NCBI GenBank assembly: GCA_963842525.1
Contig: CAWJGT010000025.1
Coordinates: 160,001-224,000 of the forward strand
Source: an uncultured Holophagales bacterium
Lineage (GTDB): Bacteria; Acidobacteriota; Thermoanaerobaculia; Multivoradales; UBA5704
DNA: 64,000 nucleotides
Direction of reading: 5' to 3'
Shown here: one piece after another, positions 1 to 10,516 of the stretch
Position numbering within the stretch: position 1 is the first letter of the stretch
Layout: each line of letters opens with the position of its first letter
Translations under genes and position numbers: made by a program
The notes under the pieces: generated by a model
What the model was told of the DNA's origin: nothing
What the model saw: the letters and a program-made list of their open reading frames with translations, nothing else
Databases searched by the model: none

Positions 1-601
1 GGGTGGGAGTCTGGACCCGGCCGACCGACCAGAGCTCGTCGCTCTCCCGGGCATCGAGGGTGTAGAGCCGCGAGAGGTTCATGCCGACGAGCCAGTCGGC
101 GCGGCTCCGTCCGCGGGCCGCGTCGGCCAGCGGGTCGAAGTCGCGGCCGTCGCGCAGCTTGGCGAACCCCTTGCGGATCGCATCCGGCGTGAGGGAGGAG
201 ATCCAGAGGCGCTGCACCGGCTTGCGGCAGCCGGCGGCCTCGTAGATGTAGCGGAAGATCAGCTCCCCCTCGCGGCCGGCGTCCGTAGCGCACACCACTC
301 GCTCGACGTCGCGGGCATTGATCACCTTCTTGACCGCCTCGAACTGATCCCGGGTGTCGTCCGGCACGACCAGAGGCCACTCCTGCGGCAGCATGGGGAG
401 CTGCTCGCGGGCCCAGCGTTTCCATTCCGGCCGGATCTCATGCGGCTGCGCCAGCGTCACCAGATGGCCGACCGCCCAGGTCACCACGTAGCCGTTGCCC
501 TGGAGACACCCCTCCCCACGCTGGCCCGCGCCCAGGACCTTGGCAATGTCCCGGGCGACGGACGGTTTCTCGGCCACGATGGCGATGATGGAGGGCGGCA
601 T
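1..601 (-). CDS. topB: DNA topoisomerase III (type IA), 5' part, runs off window
   Basis: Manual translation from ATG 601: MPPSIIAIVAEKPSVARDIAKVLG...VTWAVGHL...CATDAGREGELIF, i.e. Toprim motifs of TopB. Not in the ORF track. Confidence 0.9.
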   Translation of the reverse strand, partial: MPPSIIAIVAEKPSVARDIAKVLGAGQRGEGCLQGNGYVVTWAVGHLVTLAQPHEIRPEWKRWAREQLPMLPQEWPLVVPDDTRDQFEAVKKVINARDVERVVCATDAGREGELIFRYIYEAAGCRKPVQRLWISSLTPDAIRKGFAKLRDGRDFDPLADAARGRSRADWLVGMNLSRLYTLDARESDELWSVGRVQTPT

Positions 602-787
602 CTCGACGCAAAACTCCCGTTCCGGCGAGCCGGTTCGAATTATGCCAGACAGTGACGCGGAGGCGTGGGTCCGGCGGCGGTGCGAGCGAAGATCGTAGCA
701 GGCCGGGATGCCGTAGGCTCCCGGTTTTGACGGAGGGAGGGCGAAGGAATAGACTTAGTCCGATCAGCTTAGTCCTTGGAGGTCGAT

Positions 788-1027
788 ATGGTCACCGTCA
801 ACATCCACGAAGCCAAGACCCAGCTCTCGAAGCTGGTCGATCTGGCTGTCAAGGGCGAAGCGTTCGTGATTGCCAAGGCGGGCAAGCCGCTGGTGAAGGT
901 GGCGGCGCTGGATGCCCCCTCGATGCCGCAACGGCTGGGCTTCCTCGCGGGCGAGATCGCCGTGCCCGAAGATTTCAACTGCATGGGCGAAGCCGAGATC
1001 GCGGCCCTGTTTGGGAGCGGCGCGTGA
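788..1027 (+). CDS. Phd/YefM family antitoxin
   Basis: MVTVNIHEAKTQLSKLVD...VIAKAGKPLVK; GGAGG RBS before ATG 788. Confidence 0.9.
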   Translation: MVTVNIHEAKTQLSKLVDLAVKGEAFVIAKAGKPLVKVAALDAPSMPQRLGFLAGEIAVPEDFNCMGEAEIAALFGSGA

Positions 1028-1410
1028 AGCTCCTGCTGGACACGCAGCTCCTGCTCTGGGCGGCCGGCCAGCCCGAGCGGCTCTCTAAGGCCGCGCGCAA
1101 GCTCCTGAACGACCCGCAGAACGAGCTTGTCTTCAGCGCCGCGAGCCTGTGGGAGGTCGCCATCAAGAGCTCCCTGGGCCGGGAAGACTTCCGTGTCGAG
1201 CCTCGCCTGCTGCGCCGGGGGTTGCTCGACAACGGCTATGTAGAGCTTCCCATCACCAGCCAGCACGCGGTGAACATTGATGGCTTGCCCCCCTTGCACA
1301 AGGATCCTTTCGACCGCCTGCTGCTGTCCCAGGCCCTCAGCGAGGGCATCACCCTTCTCACCACCGACTCGTCACTGGCCGGATACCCCGGGCCCGTGCG
1401 TAAGGTGTAG
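1024..1410 (+). CDS. vapC: VapC PIN-domain toxin
   Basis: GTG start overlaps the antitoxin stop (GTGA); LLLDTQ...SLWEVAIK...HKDPFDRLL...LTTD PIN motifs. Confidence 0.9.
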   Translation: MKLLLDTQLLLWAAGQPERLSKAARKLLNDPQNELVFSAASLWEVAIKSSLGREDFRVEPRLLRRGLLDNGYVELPITSQHAVNIDGLPPLHKDPFDRLLLSQALSEGITLLTTDSSLAGYPGPVRKV

Positions 1411-1533
1411 ACGACCGTGGCGCAGTCACTCCTCTTGAGAGGACCTTCTACCAGATGGTCTCGACGTGAGGGTAGTCGCGAATCTTGGTGTCTTTCATGG
1501 TGACCATGGTCATCTTGCCGTGGCCATTATGGC

Positions 1534-2913
1534 TCACCGCAAAACGTCGAGCACCTGCCGCGACGTCACCACACGGTCGGCAGCCGGCCCGTCGACCGGC
1601 GCTTTGAGCCACAACGCCAGGACGACCTCTCGCCCGGCGGCGACGGGCAGCCGCCGTGCCTTGGCTTCGAGCTCTTCCAGAAGGCGCTCGGCGTCGCGCG
1701 GCGCCGCCCATTTCACTTCGCCGACCAGGACGCTGCCGCCATCGCTGCTGTGTGCCACCAGATCGACCTCGAGCGGTCGACGGTCGAGCCCGGGTCCCCA
1801 CCAGCGGCCGGCCGGCCCCCAGGTTCTCCCGCCTGGATGCAGCAACGGCACGCCGGCGCGCGCCAGCTCTTCCCAGATTTCGCCGACATGATGCCCCAGC
1901 CGTTGACCGATCTCCTGCTCCACCGCCGCCAACTGGCCGGCGCCGAGGCGTGAACGGTTGACGTCGACGTAGCGGAACCAGAACCGCAGAAAGGGGTCGG
2001 AGATCTTGTAGAGCGTGCGCTTGCTGCCGCGCGGCTCCTCCCCGAAAGGCTGCTCGCGGGTGACCAGGTCCATGTCCTGCAAACGCTGGAGGGGACGCGA
2101 AAGTGCCGTCACCGGCTTGCCCAACCGCGCCGCGATCTCGGAGATGCGATGGCAGCCCTGACCGATCAGGCTCAGGATGGATGCCGCCTGGGTGGTGTCG
2201 CGCATGTCGTCGAGCAGCAGGCGCGAGGGCTCCTCGTAGAGGACGCCCAGCGGGCTGAGGACGAGGGAACGGATGGCGGCCGGAAGATCCGGATGATCGC
2301 CTGCCAACTCCCAATACCGCGGTGTCCCACCCCAGACCGCGTAGGATTCGACGGCGCGTTCGGGAGAACGCAGGTCCAGCGCCCCCTCGATCCAGCCGGC
2401 CGGCAGGGGCGAGATCTTGAGGATCTCGCGGGCGCGACCGAAAAGAGGCGCCGTGCGGTCGAGGACGAGCCCCTGCATCATGCGCTGTGAGGAGCCGCTC
2501 AGGAGGAGGTGGATGCCGCTGTCGGCCTCGCGGTCCAGATATTTCTGCAGCAGGCTCGGCAGCTCCCGGGCGACCGCGACCAGGGAAGGGAATTCATCCA
2601 GCGCCAGCACCATCCCGGGCCGTGCCTCCTGCCAGCAGCGCGCGAAGAGGGCGTCCCAGTCGGGGTAGGTGACGCGCTCGAAGCCGGGTAGGAGGCGGCC
2701 GATCTCTGTTGCCAGGCTGGCGCGCTGGAGGCTGTCCTCGCGATCGTCGCCGACGTAGTAGACCGCTCTCCCAGGCGGCAGGATCTCCCGCAACAGCCGT
2801 GACTTGCCACACCGCCGGCGGCCATAGACGACCCCGAGCGAGCCTTCGGCACCGTCGACGAGACGCCGGAAACGGGCGGCTTCTTCATGTCGGTCGAGGA
2901 AGGGGAGCTTCAT
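1534..2913 (-). CDS. Archaeal-type AAA ATPase with wHTH and C-terminal DUF234/PD-(D/E)XK-like domain
   Basis: FLDR..E, YGRRRCGKS Walker A, LALDEF Walker B, GGTPRY, DPFLRFWF, EVDLV...GEVKW. Confidence 0.85.
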   Translation of the reverse strand: MKLPFLDRHEEAARFRRLVDGAEGSLGVVYGRRRCGKSRLLREILPPGRAVYYVGDDREDSLQRASLATEIGRLLPGFERVTYPDWDALFARCWQEARPGMVLALDEFPSLVAVARELPSLLQKYLDREADSGIHLLLSGSSQRMMQGLVLDRTAPLFGRAREILKISPLPAGWIEGALDLRSPERAVESYAVWGGTPRYWELAGDHPDLPAAIRSLVLSPLGVLYEEPSRLLLDDMRDTTQAASILSLIGQGCHRISEIAARLGKPVTALSRPLQRLQDMDLVTREQPFGEEPRGSKRTLYKISDPFLRFWFRYVDVNRSRLGAGQLAAVEQEIGQRLGHHVGEIWEELARAGVPLLHPGGRTWGPAGRWWGPGLDRRPLEVDLVAHSSDGGSVLVGEVKWAAPRDAERLLEELEAKARRLPVAAGREVVLALWLKAPVDGPAADRVVTSRQVLDVLR

Positions 2914-2933
2914 GTCTCAAGGTCGCTGCTGGA

Positions 2934-2970
2934 ACTATGTAGCAGAAACATTATGTACCTGCTGCATAGT
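2934..2970. promoter_or_regulatory. Inverted repeat upstream of the ATPase gene (possible operator or terminator)
   Basis: ACTATGTAGCAG-N13-CTGCTGCATAGT, 11/12 complementary. Confidence 0.35.
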
Positions 2971-2984
2971 CTCTGCAAGCGCGA

Positions 2985-4568
2985 TCAATCGGAGGGAGGA
3001 ATCAGCACCCGCCCCGCGCCCGCTCCGGTATGCCGGCCGCTGTCGATCACCGGCACGCCGTTGACCACGACGTACGGAATCCCCGCCGCCCAGGCGTGCG
3101 GCTTCTCGAAGGTGGACCCGTCCGCTACCTTCGACGGGTCGAAGACGACCAGGTCCGCGGCATAGCCCTCCTTGAGCAGACCGCGGTTGGCGAGCTTGAA
3201 GTGCGCGGCGGGGAGAGAGGTCATCTTGCGGATGGCTTCTTCCAGGGGAAGGACCTTCTTGTCGCGGACATAGAGGCCGAGGACCCTCGGGTTGTTGCCG
3301 TAGTTGCGCGGGTGCGGCGTGCCCTCGCCGAAGGTCCGGATGATGAAGCCGTCCGAGGCGACCGACACCCAGGGATGGCGCAGGATCAGCTCGACGTCTC
3401 CTTCAGACATGAAGTGGTAGACCATGCTGGCGTCGCCCGCCCGCACCATCTTGCGTGCGGCCTCGAATTGCGCCTCGGCCGTGTCGCTCCCGACGAGCCG
3501 CTTCGCGGCCTCTTTCATCGAGAGCCCTTGCAGGGACCGATCGGGCGGATAGTCGGAGACCACGGCGAAGGAGAGATCCTTGAGGCCGCGCTCGGCCAGG
3601 AGGCCTACCATTTCGGTCCGGATCTTCGTCCAAGTGGCCTCGTCGTCCAGCCGCTTGCGCACCTCCTCCTGCCCGCCTTCGAGGGCCCAGGACGGGAAGC
3701 GGATGGTCAGGCTCGACGCGGCGGCCGTATAGGCGTACTGGTCCGCTTCGACGTCCAGACCCCGGGCGCGGGCCGCCTCGAGGAGGGCCAGAGCCTTCTC
3801 GCTGGCGCCCCAATTCTTCGGGCTGTCCACCTTCAGATGGGAGATCTCGACCGGGCAGCCGGCCGCCTCGCCCACGGCGATCGTCTCGGCCACCGACTGT
3901 TCGAGCGCGGTCCCCTCGTTGCGCATGTGTGAGGCATAGAGGCCGCCGGCCCGGCAGGCGACCCGGGCGAGCTCGACGATCTCGGCCGGCTCCGCATAGG
4001 TGCCGGGCACGTACTGGAGGCCGGTCGAGAATCCGACGGCGCCGTCTTTCATCGCCTGCGCGACGAGCGCCTTCATCCTCTCCATCTCGGCGGGCGTTGG
4101 CGCGCGGTTCGCGTCGCCCATCACCTCGCGCCGCACCGAGCCATGACCGACGAGCGTTGCGAAGTTGATCGAGGGGTGCGCCTTCCGGATGCCGTCGAGG
4201 GCCTTGCCGATCTCCACCGCCGAGCTGCCGCAGTTGCCGGCCACGACGGTGGTCACGCCCATGCGGAGGAAGTTTTCGGCCCGCGGGCTTTCCGCAACGT
4301 CGTCGGAGTGGGTATGGACGTCGATGAACCCGGGCGCCACCACCAGGCCGGTGGCATCGATCTCCCGCGCCGCCCGTGCTCCCGCGAGGTCACCGATCTT
4401 CACGATCCGGCCATCCCGCACCGCCACGTCCGCCTGGAAGGCCTTGGCGCCCGAGCCGTCCAGCACGGTTCCATGACGGATCAGGAGGTCGTAGGCCGGT
4501 GGGGTGTCGGGCTTCGGTGCGCCGATCGTAAGGAGCAGGACCGCGAGGAGGGGACCGAAGAAGATCAT
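2985..4568 (-). CDS. N-acyl-D-amino-acid deacylase (amidohydrolase), signal peptide
   Basis: PGFIDVHTH, GVTTVVAGNCG, SHMRNE, SHLK, ASDG, PHPRNYG, GYAADLVVFD. Confidence 0.9.
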   Translation of the reverse strand: MIFFGPLLAVLLLTIGAPKPDTPPAYDLLIRHGTVLDGSGAKAFQADVAVRDGRIVKIGDLAGARAAREIDATGLVVAPGFIDVHTHSDDVAESPRAENFLRMGVTTVVAGNCGSSAVEIGKALDGIRKAHPSINFATLVGHGSVRREVMGDANRAPTPAEMERMKALVAQAMKDGAVGFSTGLQYVPGTYAEPAEIVELARVACRAGGLYASHMRNEGTALEQSVAETIAVGEAAGCPVEISHLKVDSPKNWGASEKALALLEAARARGLDVEADQYAYTAAASSLTIRFPSWALEGGQEEVRKRLDDEATWTKIRTEMVGLLAERGLKDLSFAVVSDYPPDRSLQGLSMKEAAKRLVGSDTAEAQFEAARKMVRAGDASMVYHFMSEGDVELILRHPWVSVASDGFIIRTFGEGTPHPRNYGNNPRVLGLYVRDKKVLPLEEAIRKMTSLPAAHFKLANRGLLKEGYAADLVVFDPSKVADGSTFEKPHAWAAGIPYVVVNGVPVIDSGRHTGAGAGRVLIPPSD

Positions 4569-4574
4569 CAGAGG

Positions 4575-6149
4575 CTACTGCGCTCCAGGCTCGCCCATGA
4601 GACTGTTGACCAGGGCCTTGCTCCCCTGGACGGCGACGCGTTGGAGATAAAGCCGGACACCGACCAGGCCGCCCAGCTCTTCGCCGCCGCCGGCGCGGCC
4701 CGGTCCGCCGTGCAGGGCCTGCGGCAGGGCGGCTCCTGAGCCCGGGGCCTCGGCGGCCGAGGCCTCGGAGCCGATGTAGACGCGGCCGGTGGCGCCGCCG
4801 CCATGGCCCAGGAAGTCGCCGACCCAGCCGGCGTCGTCGCTGTAGACGGAGGTCACCAGGGTGCCGCCTCCCATCGCGGAGATCTCGGCGGCGTCCTCGG
4901 CCCGGCTGTCGTAGGGAAGAAGAGTCGCCACCGGGCCGAAGACCTCGCGTTCGTGGACCGGCCCGGCGTTCCTCGCGTCTTCGGCCTGTAGCAGAGTCGG
5001 CGGCACGAAGTAACCCTTGCCCGCGGGGCTGCCGACACCGTCGATCCGCTCCCCCGTGCCGTGGACGAGCCGCGCAGCCCGGCCGAGCTCAGAGATGCCG
5101 GCAATGGCGTCCTTGAGCTGGCTCGCCGTGGCGACCGGACCCATGGTCACGGACGGGTCCGCGGGGTTGCCGACCACCACCTCGCCGAGCTTGCCGATCA
5201 AGGCGTCCTGGACGGCGTCGACCCGGTCCGCGGGAACCAGGATACGCCGCACGGCCGTGCATTTCTGGCCGGTCTTCTGGGTCATCTCGCGGACGACGTC
5301 CTTGAGGAACAGGCCGAACGTCGCGGATTCAGCGGAGACGTCCACGTCCGGGCCGAGGATGGCGGCGTTCAGGCTGTCCGCCTCGATGTTGACCCGGGTG
5401 TTGGCGGCCAGGAGGTTGTCCCGGCTGCGCAGCGACCGGGCCGTGTCGGCCGAACCGGTGAAGGCCATGACGTCCTGGGGACCGAGGCGGTCGAGGAGGT
5501 CGCCGGTGGAGCCGACGACGAGCTGCAGGGCGCCGTCGGGGAGGATACCCGCCTCGATGAGGATCTCGACGGCGCGCTCGGTCACCAGCGCGGTGGCGGT
5601 CGCCGGCTTGGTGATCACCGGCATGCCGGCGAGCAGGGCGCAGGCCGCCTTCTCCGCAAAGCCCCAGGCCGGGAAGTTGAACGCATTGATATGGACCGCC
5701 ACGCCCTGGCGAGGCACCAGGATGTGCTGCGCCCAGAACCCCTCGCCGCGGGAGAGCTGGATGCCCTCGCCCTCGACCAGGAATTGGCGGTCGCCGAGGC
5801 TCTTCGAGAGGGAGGCATACCAGGCCAGGGTGCCGCCCGCGCCGTCGATGTCAAAGGAGGCGTCCGACTTCGTGGTGCCGTTGTTCTGCCGGGAGAGGTC
5901 GAACAGCTCGTCGCGGTGGTCGCGCAGAGCCTTGGACATGTCCTTGAGCAGGGCTCCGCGCTGCGCGAACGTCATGGACCGTAGCGCCGGTCCGCCATGC
6001 TCCCGCGCATGGTCGAGCACAGCACCGAAGTCGATGCCTTCGCTCGACGCCTGCGCGACCACCTCTTCGGTCGACGGGTCCACCAGGGACGTGAAACCGG
6101 ATTTGCCTTCTTGCCAGCGCCCGCAGACATAGCTCTTCAGGGTCTTCAT
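4575..6149 (-). CDS. PaaZ/3,4-dehydroadipyl-CoA semialdehyde dehydrogenase-like aldehyde dehydrogenase (no MaoC domain)
   Basis: HINAFNFPAWG, KPATATA, FTGS, EADSLN, GQKCTA, EVFGPV, HGGPGRAGGGEELGG. Confidence 0.85.
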   Translation of the reverse strand: MKTLKSYVCGRWQEGKSGFTSLVDPSTEEVVAQASSEGIDFGAVLDHAREHGGPALRSMTFAQRGALLKDMSKALRDHRDELFDLSRQNNGTTKSDASFDIDGAGGTLAWYASLSKSLGDRQFLVEGEGIQLSRGEGFWAQHILVPRQGVAVHINAFNFPAWGFAEKAACALLAGMPVITKPATATALVTERAVEILIEAGILPDGALQLVVGSTGDLLDRLGPQDVMAFTGSADTARSLRSRDNLLAANTRVNIEADSLNAAILGPDVDVSAESATFGLFLKDVVREMTQKTGQKCTAVRRILVPADRVDAVQDALIGKLGEVVVGNPADPSVTMGPVATASQLKDAIAGISELGRAARLVHGTGERIDGVGSPAGKGYFVPPTLLQAEDARNAGPVHEREVFGPVATLLPYDSRAEDAAEISAMGGGTLVTSVYSDDAGWVGDFLGHGGGATGRVYIGSEASAAEAPGSGAALPQALHGGPGRAGGGEELGGLVGVRLYLQRVAVQGSKALVNSLMGEPGAQ

Positions 6150-6227
6150 CGGGTCGGTCTCTCCTGGCCGGGTGTCCGCCCCGGCCGGGAGATCCTACCT
6201 TACCCGAGGGGAGGAGAGCCGCCGATG

Positions 6228-6461
6228 CTAGTAAAGCGCGATGCAGGGGCCGCCGCAGTCGTCCCTGCAGATGTCCAGGCACTGCTTCGGGCGGCTGGCC
6301 GGGGCCGAGCCACCGCCGCCGCCCGGCCCATTGCAGGTCCAGTAGCAAATCCCATCGAAGTAGTTGGTCACTGCGCCGCCACCCGTGGCTTCGAGAAGAG
6401 CAGGACCTCCGAACGCCAGAGCGCAGACAAAGACAAGGGCGAAAAGTCGGCGATAGCTCAT
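6228..6461 (-). CDS. Small secreted cysteine-rich peptide (77 aa)
   Basis: AGGAGG RBS 6 nt before ATG 6461; signal-peptide-like N-terminus; six Cys in the mature part. Confidence 0.7.
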   Translation of the reverse strand: MSYRRLFALVFVCALAFGGPALLEATGGGAVTNYFDGICYWTCNGPGGGGGSAPASRPKQCLDICRDDCGGPCIALY

Positions 6462-6583
6462 GCACAACCTCCTTGCTGTTGAACGAGGTCACCGTGAATC
6501 CGAGGACCTCAATTCTTGATGCTACGACGACTAATAGCTTCTCGTCAATGTATCGATGAACTAAGTTGTCCCCGTTTCAAGCC

Positions 6584-6752
6584 TGTTCTGCCGGCAGGTC
6601 GAGCAACTCGTCGCGGTGGTCACGCAGAGCCTTGGACTGTCCTTGAGAAGGCGCCGCGCTGCACGAAGGTCATGGACCGCAGCGCCCGGCCTCGAGCACA
6701 GCGCTGAAGGCGATACCAGGGACGCAAAGCCGGGGCTGCCTTCGCGCCAGCC
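6584..6752 (-). pseudogene. Degenerate duplicate of the 5' end of the aldehyde dehydrogenase gene
   Basis: Aligns by eye to 5882-6122 (e.g. CTCGTCGCGGTGGTC.CGCAGAGCCTTGGAC, GTCATGGACCG.AGCGCC) with indels and deletions. Confidence 0.75.
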
Positions 6753-6767
6753 CGATGGTCTGCTGCC

Positions 6768-6852
6768 GCCCCTTCGGGGCTTTTTTGGCTTTGGGGTCTC
6801 CCCTTCCTGGGGCTTGCGCCCCAGGCTTTATGCTGCCGCCCTTTCAGGGCTG
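6768..6852. repeat. REP-like palindromic element (GCCCCTTCGGGGC...CCAGGCTTTATGC family)
   Basis: Three hairpin modules; related copy at 54680-54760. Confidence 0.6.
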
Positions 6853-7061
6853 CTGCCGCCCGAAAGGAGGTCCGGGAAAGTGGCGGTCAAGGTGGGCTCA
6901 ATCTGACAAAGTAGTTTTCCACCGCCGTGTGGCCGCGATGGTAGAGGTGATCTCCTCAGACTTCGTCGGGAATGGCTTCGAAGTAGTACCGGACTTCATG
7001 CTTTCTTGTCTCCCGCAGGGACGTCTAGATCCTGCCGCACGCGCCAGAAAATCTCATGCCA

Positions 7062-7506
7062 GCCAGTGTAAGCTTATCCGCGCCAGATAAGCTTACACTG
7101 GCGGAGATAACGGTATCCGCGCCAGATAGTGTTATCCACGCCAGATAAGCTTACGCTGGCCTGGATAAGCTTATCTACGCCAGATAAGCTTATCTGCGCC
7201 GGATAGTGTTATCTGTGGCAGATAGCGTTATCCGCGTTGGATAGCGTTATCTGCGGCAGATAAGCTTACACTGGCCCGGATAACGCTATCTGCGCCGGAT
7301 AAGCTTATCTGCGGCAGATAGTGTTATCCACGCCGGATAGTGTTATCTGCGGCAGATAAGCTTACACTGGCCCGGATAACGCTATCTGCGCCGGATACGC
7401 TTATCTGCGGCAGATAGTGTTATCCACGCCGGATAGTGTTATCTGCGCCAGATAAGCTTACACTGGCTCGGATAACGCTATCTGCGGCGGATACGCTTAC
7501 GCTGGC
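7062..7506. repeat. Tandem array of ~23 palindromic 18-21 bp units (GATA-N4-TATC core)
   Basis: Units such as GCCAGATAAGCTTATCTGC and GCCGGATAGTGTTATCTGC; 96-bp higher-order repeat. Confidence 0.9.
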
Positions 7507-7641
7507 GTGCGTGGACGATCCGCGGAGGATGCTGCGGATCTGTGCCGCCGGTCCGGCGCGGTGGGAACGTTCGGGAGGAGAGCGGAACAACCGGGGAGCG
7601 TGGTGCGCACGCTCCCCGGAGTGCGTTTGCGGGTTTGAACG

Positions 7642-10357
7642 TCAGTACCGCACGATCGCCGACAGCACGTAGGACCGCGGCGAGGAGAAGGTTACGCCAC
7701 GGCCGAATTCCGGGTTGTTCGGCGCCGTGGCGCGGCCGAGGATCAGCCGGTCTTCGACCTCCGTGGCCACCTGGTCGTCCAGGACGTTCAGGATGCGGGC
7801 TTCGAGCTCCAGGCCGGCGGGGCCGAGAGGAAATTCGTAGGAGGTCAGCAGGTCGATGTTCAGCCAGTCTTCGGTCCGCCGCGAGCCGGCCGACTCCAGG
7901 TAGCGGACATAGGTTGCGCTGGAGACGTTGGCATCGGGCAATCCGCGGGCCTCCCAGGCGCCGCCGCTCTGGTAGCGGACGTAGGTGCCGAGCTGCACCC
8001 GCTCGAGCGGGCGCATCGCGGCGAAGATCTTGGCCACGTGTGTGCGGTCGCCACGCAGCAGGCCGTCCCGGTTCTCGTTGATCAGCACGCCGGGGCCGTC
8101 CTGGAGGAACGACGAGTTGTAGAACAGTGAGTTGGCGTAGTCGATGTCCCAGTTGCCTTCGAGCTGGCTCCAGGTGTAGCTGGCGCTGACCGACAGGCCG
8201 TAGAGGCGGTCGTTGGGCAGCCGGTTCACCTGCAGGGTGGCCGCCTTGTAGCGGCGGTAGGCGCCCGGGAGCTGGCCGACGCGGAACGGGCCGTTGCCCA
8301 GGCCGTCCCGGCTGATGTCTTCCATGATGTCGCCGACGTCGCGGTATTGCCCGTAGACCTCGGCCGACCAGACCGGGCCGAAGGGGCGGGCATAGCCGAC
8401 GAGGAATTCATCGGTGTACTGCGGATCGATCCCCTTGTCGACCGTCTTGGTCTGGGTGTTGGCGGCGGGGACGTCGCTGAGCAGGTTGCCGTTGGCGTCG
8501 AAGGTCGCCCGGGTGGTGAAGAGGCGGGTCGGCGAGCCGGCGCGCACCAGCGACTTGTTCTCGGTGTTGTAGTAGCGGCCCACGTAGGCGTAGAGCTTGT
8601 CTCCCAGGTCCAGACTGGGAACGAAGGCGACGCCCAGCCGGGGCTGGATCTGCTGGTCCCAGTCGAAGGTCAGGATTTTGACCTTGGTCTTGGTGCCCGG
8701 CGTGGCGCCCAGCCCTTCGCCGAAATAGTCGTCCTTGTTCAGCGCCAGGCCGGCCGTGATGGTGGTCCGGTTGCCGATGGTGAGCTGGTCCTGCAGGAAG
8801 ATGCCCCAGGTCTCGCTGCGGCCGGTGTGGGGCGGCTGCTGGGAGTTGTAGGTGGCGGTGAAAAGGCGCGTGGTAGGGTTCCAGGTGATGGTGCCCCAGC
8901 CGTTGGCCTGCCGCTCGAGCCGCTCCGAGCTCTCCTCGTAGCTTACGCCGAAGCGCAGGTCGTGGGTGTTGCCGAACCAGGTCTGGAAGGTCTGGTAGGA
9001 AGCCTTGGTCTGATCGCGCAGGAAGTCCTGGTCGTTGATCGCCAGGCTGGCGCCGCCCACGGTCTGGCCGGCGGCCGTGGCGCCGCCGACGATGCGGTCG
9101 GCCGTGGTGACGAACGCGCCGACCAGGTCGGGGCGCGCCGCGTTGAAGGCCGGCCGGTAGCCGAGGCCGGTCAACGGGTCGGTCGAGTTCTCTTCCTTGT
9201 CGTGGTGGTACTTCACCTCGACGAGGCTGTCGGCAGTGACGTTCCAGGTCCAGCTCGCGGTGCCCAGCAGGAACTTCGTCGAGTCGTCGCTCCCCACGCC
9301 CGGGTGGGCGTTCGCCCCGACGCCGGCGTTCTCGCTGGTCGACTCGCGGGAGCGGACGGCGGCCGACAGGTATTGGCTCGAGTGCGGGTTGGCCGTCAGC
9401 TTGAAGAAGTACTCATCCGTCTTGATGTCGAGGTCCGGGACGGTGCCGAGGTTGTTGCGCCGCTCGGTCGTGGTGGTCGAGGGGAAGCTCGCCGAGCCGT
9501 AGAACCAGAAGTGGTCGCGCACGATGGGTCCGCCCAGCGAGGCGGCGGGCCCCTCCCTGTCGATGGTGTTCTGGATGTTCTGGTTCTTGTTGTCCGACAC
9601 CCAGTCGGCCGGCTGGTACTCGAAACGGGCCTGGCCGTGGAACTGGTTGGTGCCCGACTTGGTCACCGCGTTGACCACCATGCCGCCGGTGCGGCCGAAC
9701 TCTGCGGTGATGCCTCCCCGCTTCAGGCTCACCTCGTCGATGTCGATCTCCGAGATGTTGGGGAGGATGTCGCCGTAGTGCGGATTGGTGATGTTGACGC
9801 CGTCGACCAGGTAGGTGTTGTCCATCCGCGAGCCGCCGGCATTGGGGGAGGTGCGGGTGGACGGGGCCTGCGCGACGCCGGGGGCGAAGCTCGAACAGGC
9901 CCTTGTAATCCCGGGCGAGCGGCAGCTCCTCAATGGCTTCCTGGGTGAAGTTGACCTGGGCCTCGGTCGACTTGACGTCGATGATGGGTACGGCCGCGGT
10001 GACGGTGATCTCCTCGGACATGGTGGCACTGAGGCTCAGATCGACCTGGGTATCCTTGTCGAGGGAGACGATGGCCGGCCTCTCCGCCATGCCCATGCCC
10101 GAGAGCTCGGCCGAAACCTGGTACGGGCCGGGGGGCAGGCGGGGGAACTGGAAGACACCGTCCGGGCCGGTGACAGCGGATTTACCGGCCGGGAGGAGCT
10201 CGCCGCTCACCTGGACGCTGACGCCGGGCAGCGGCTCGCCGTCGCCCGAACGGACGACGCCGGAGATGGAGCCGGTCTCCGCCGCGAAGACGGGGACGGC
10301 AAGGAGCGGGACCAGAAGCGGCCAGAGCCATGCAAAGCGTCGGGACCTGGGGTGCAT
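7642..10357 (-). CDS. TonB-dependent receptor with N-terminal carboxypeptidase-regulatory-like domain; one frameshift at ~9888
   Basis: Signal peptide MHPRSRRFAWLW..., TGSISGVV, LPGVSV, EEITVTA, LPLARDY | APGV, NTYLVDGVN, AEFGR..G.VVNAVTKSGTN, C-terminal VRY. Confidence 0.85.
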
Positions 10358-10516
10358 CACGATTCTCCTCTCATGGAAGAAGAAAGACAGGGACATGGGA
10401 ATCGTACCATGTGTGACGCCCCGGTGACGGGCCGGCGAGGACCATCCGCGGCCATCCGGTGATAGCCTTGGGGAACCTGGGAGACTGCGAGGCGTCATGA
10501 AATCCGGAGGTGAGAC

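Noticed and set aside
6904-7005. Possible gene remnant (KHEVRYYFEAIPDEV*GDHLYHRGHTAVENYFVRL)
   Set aside because: Looks protein-like but is too short and interrupted to assign.
7062-7506. CRISPR array
   Set aside because: Units are contiguous with no unique spacers, and no cas genes are in the window.
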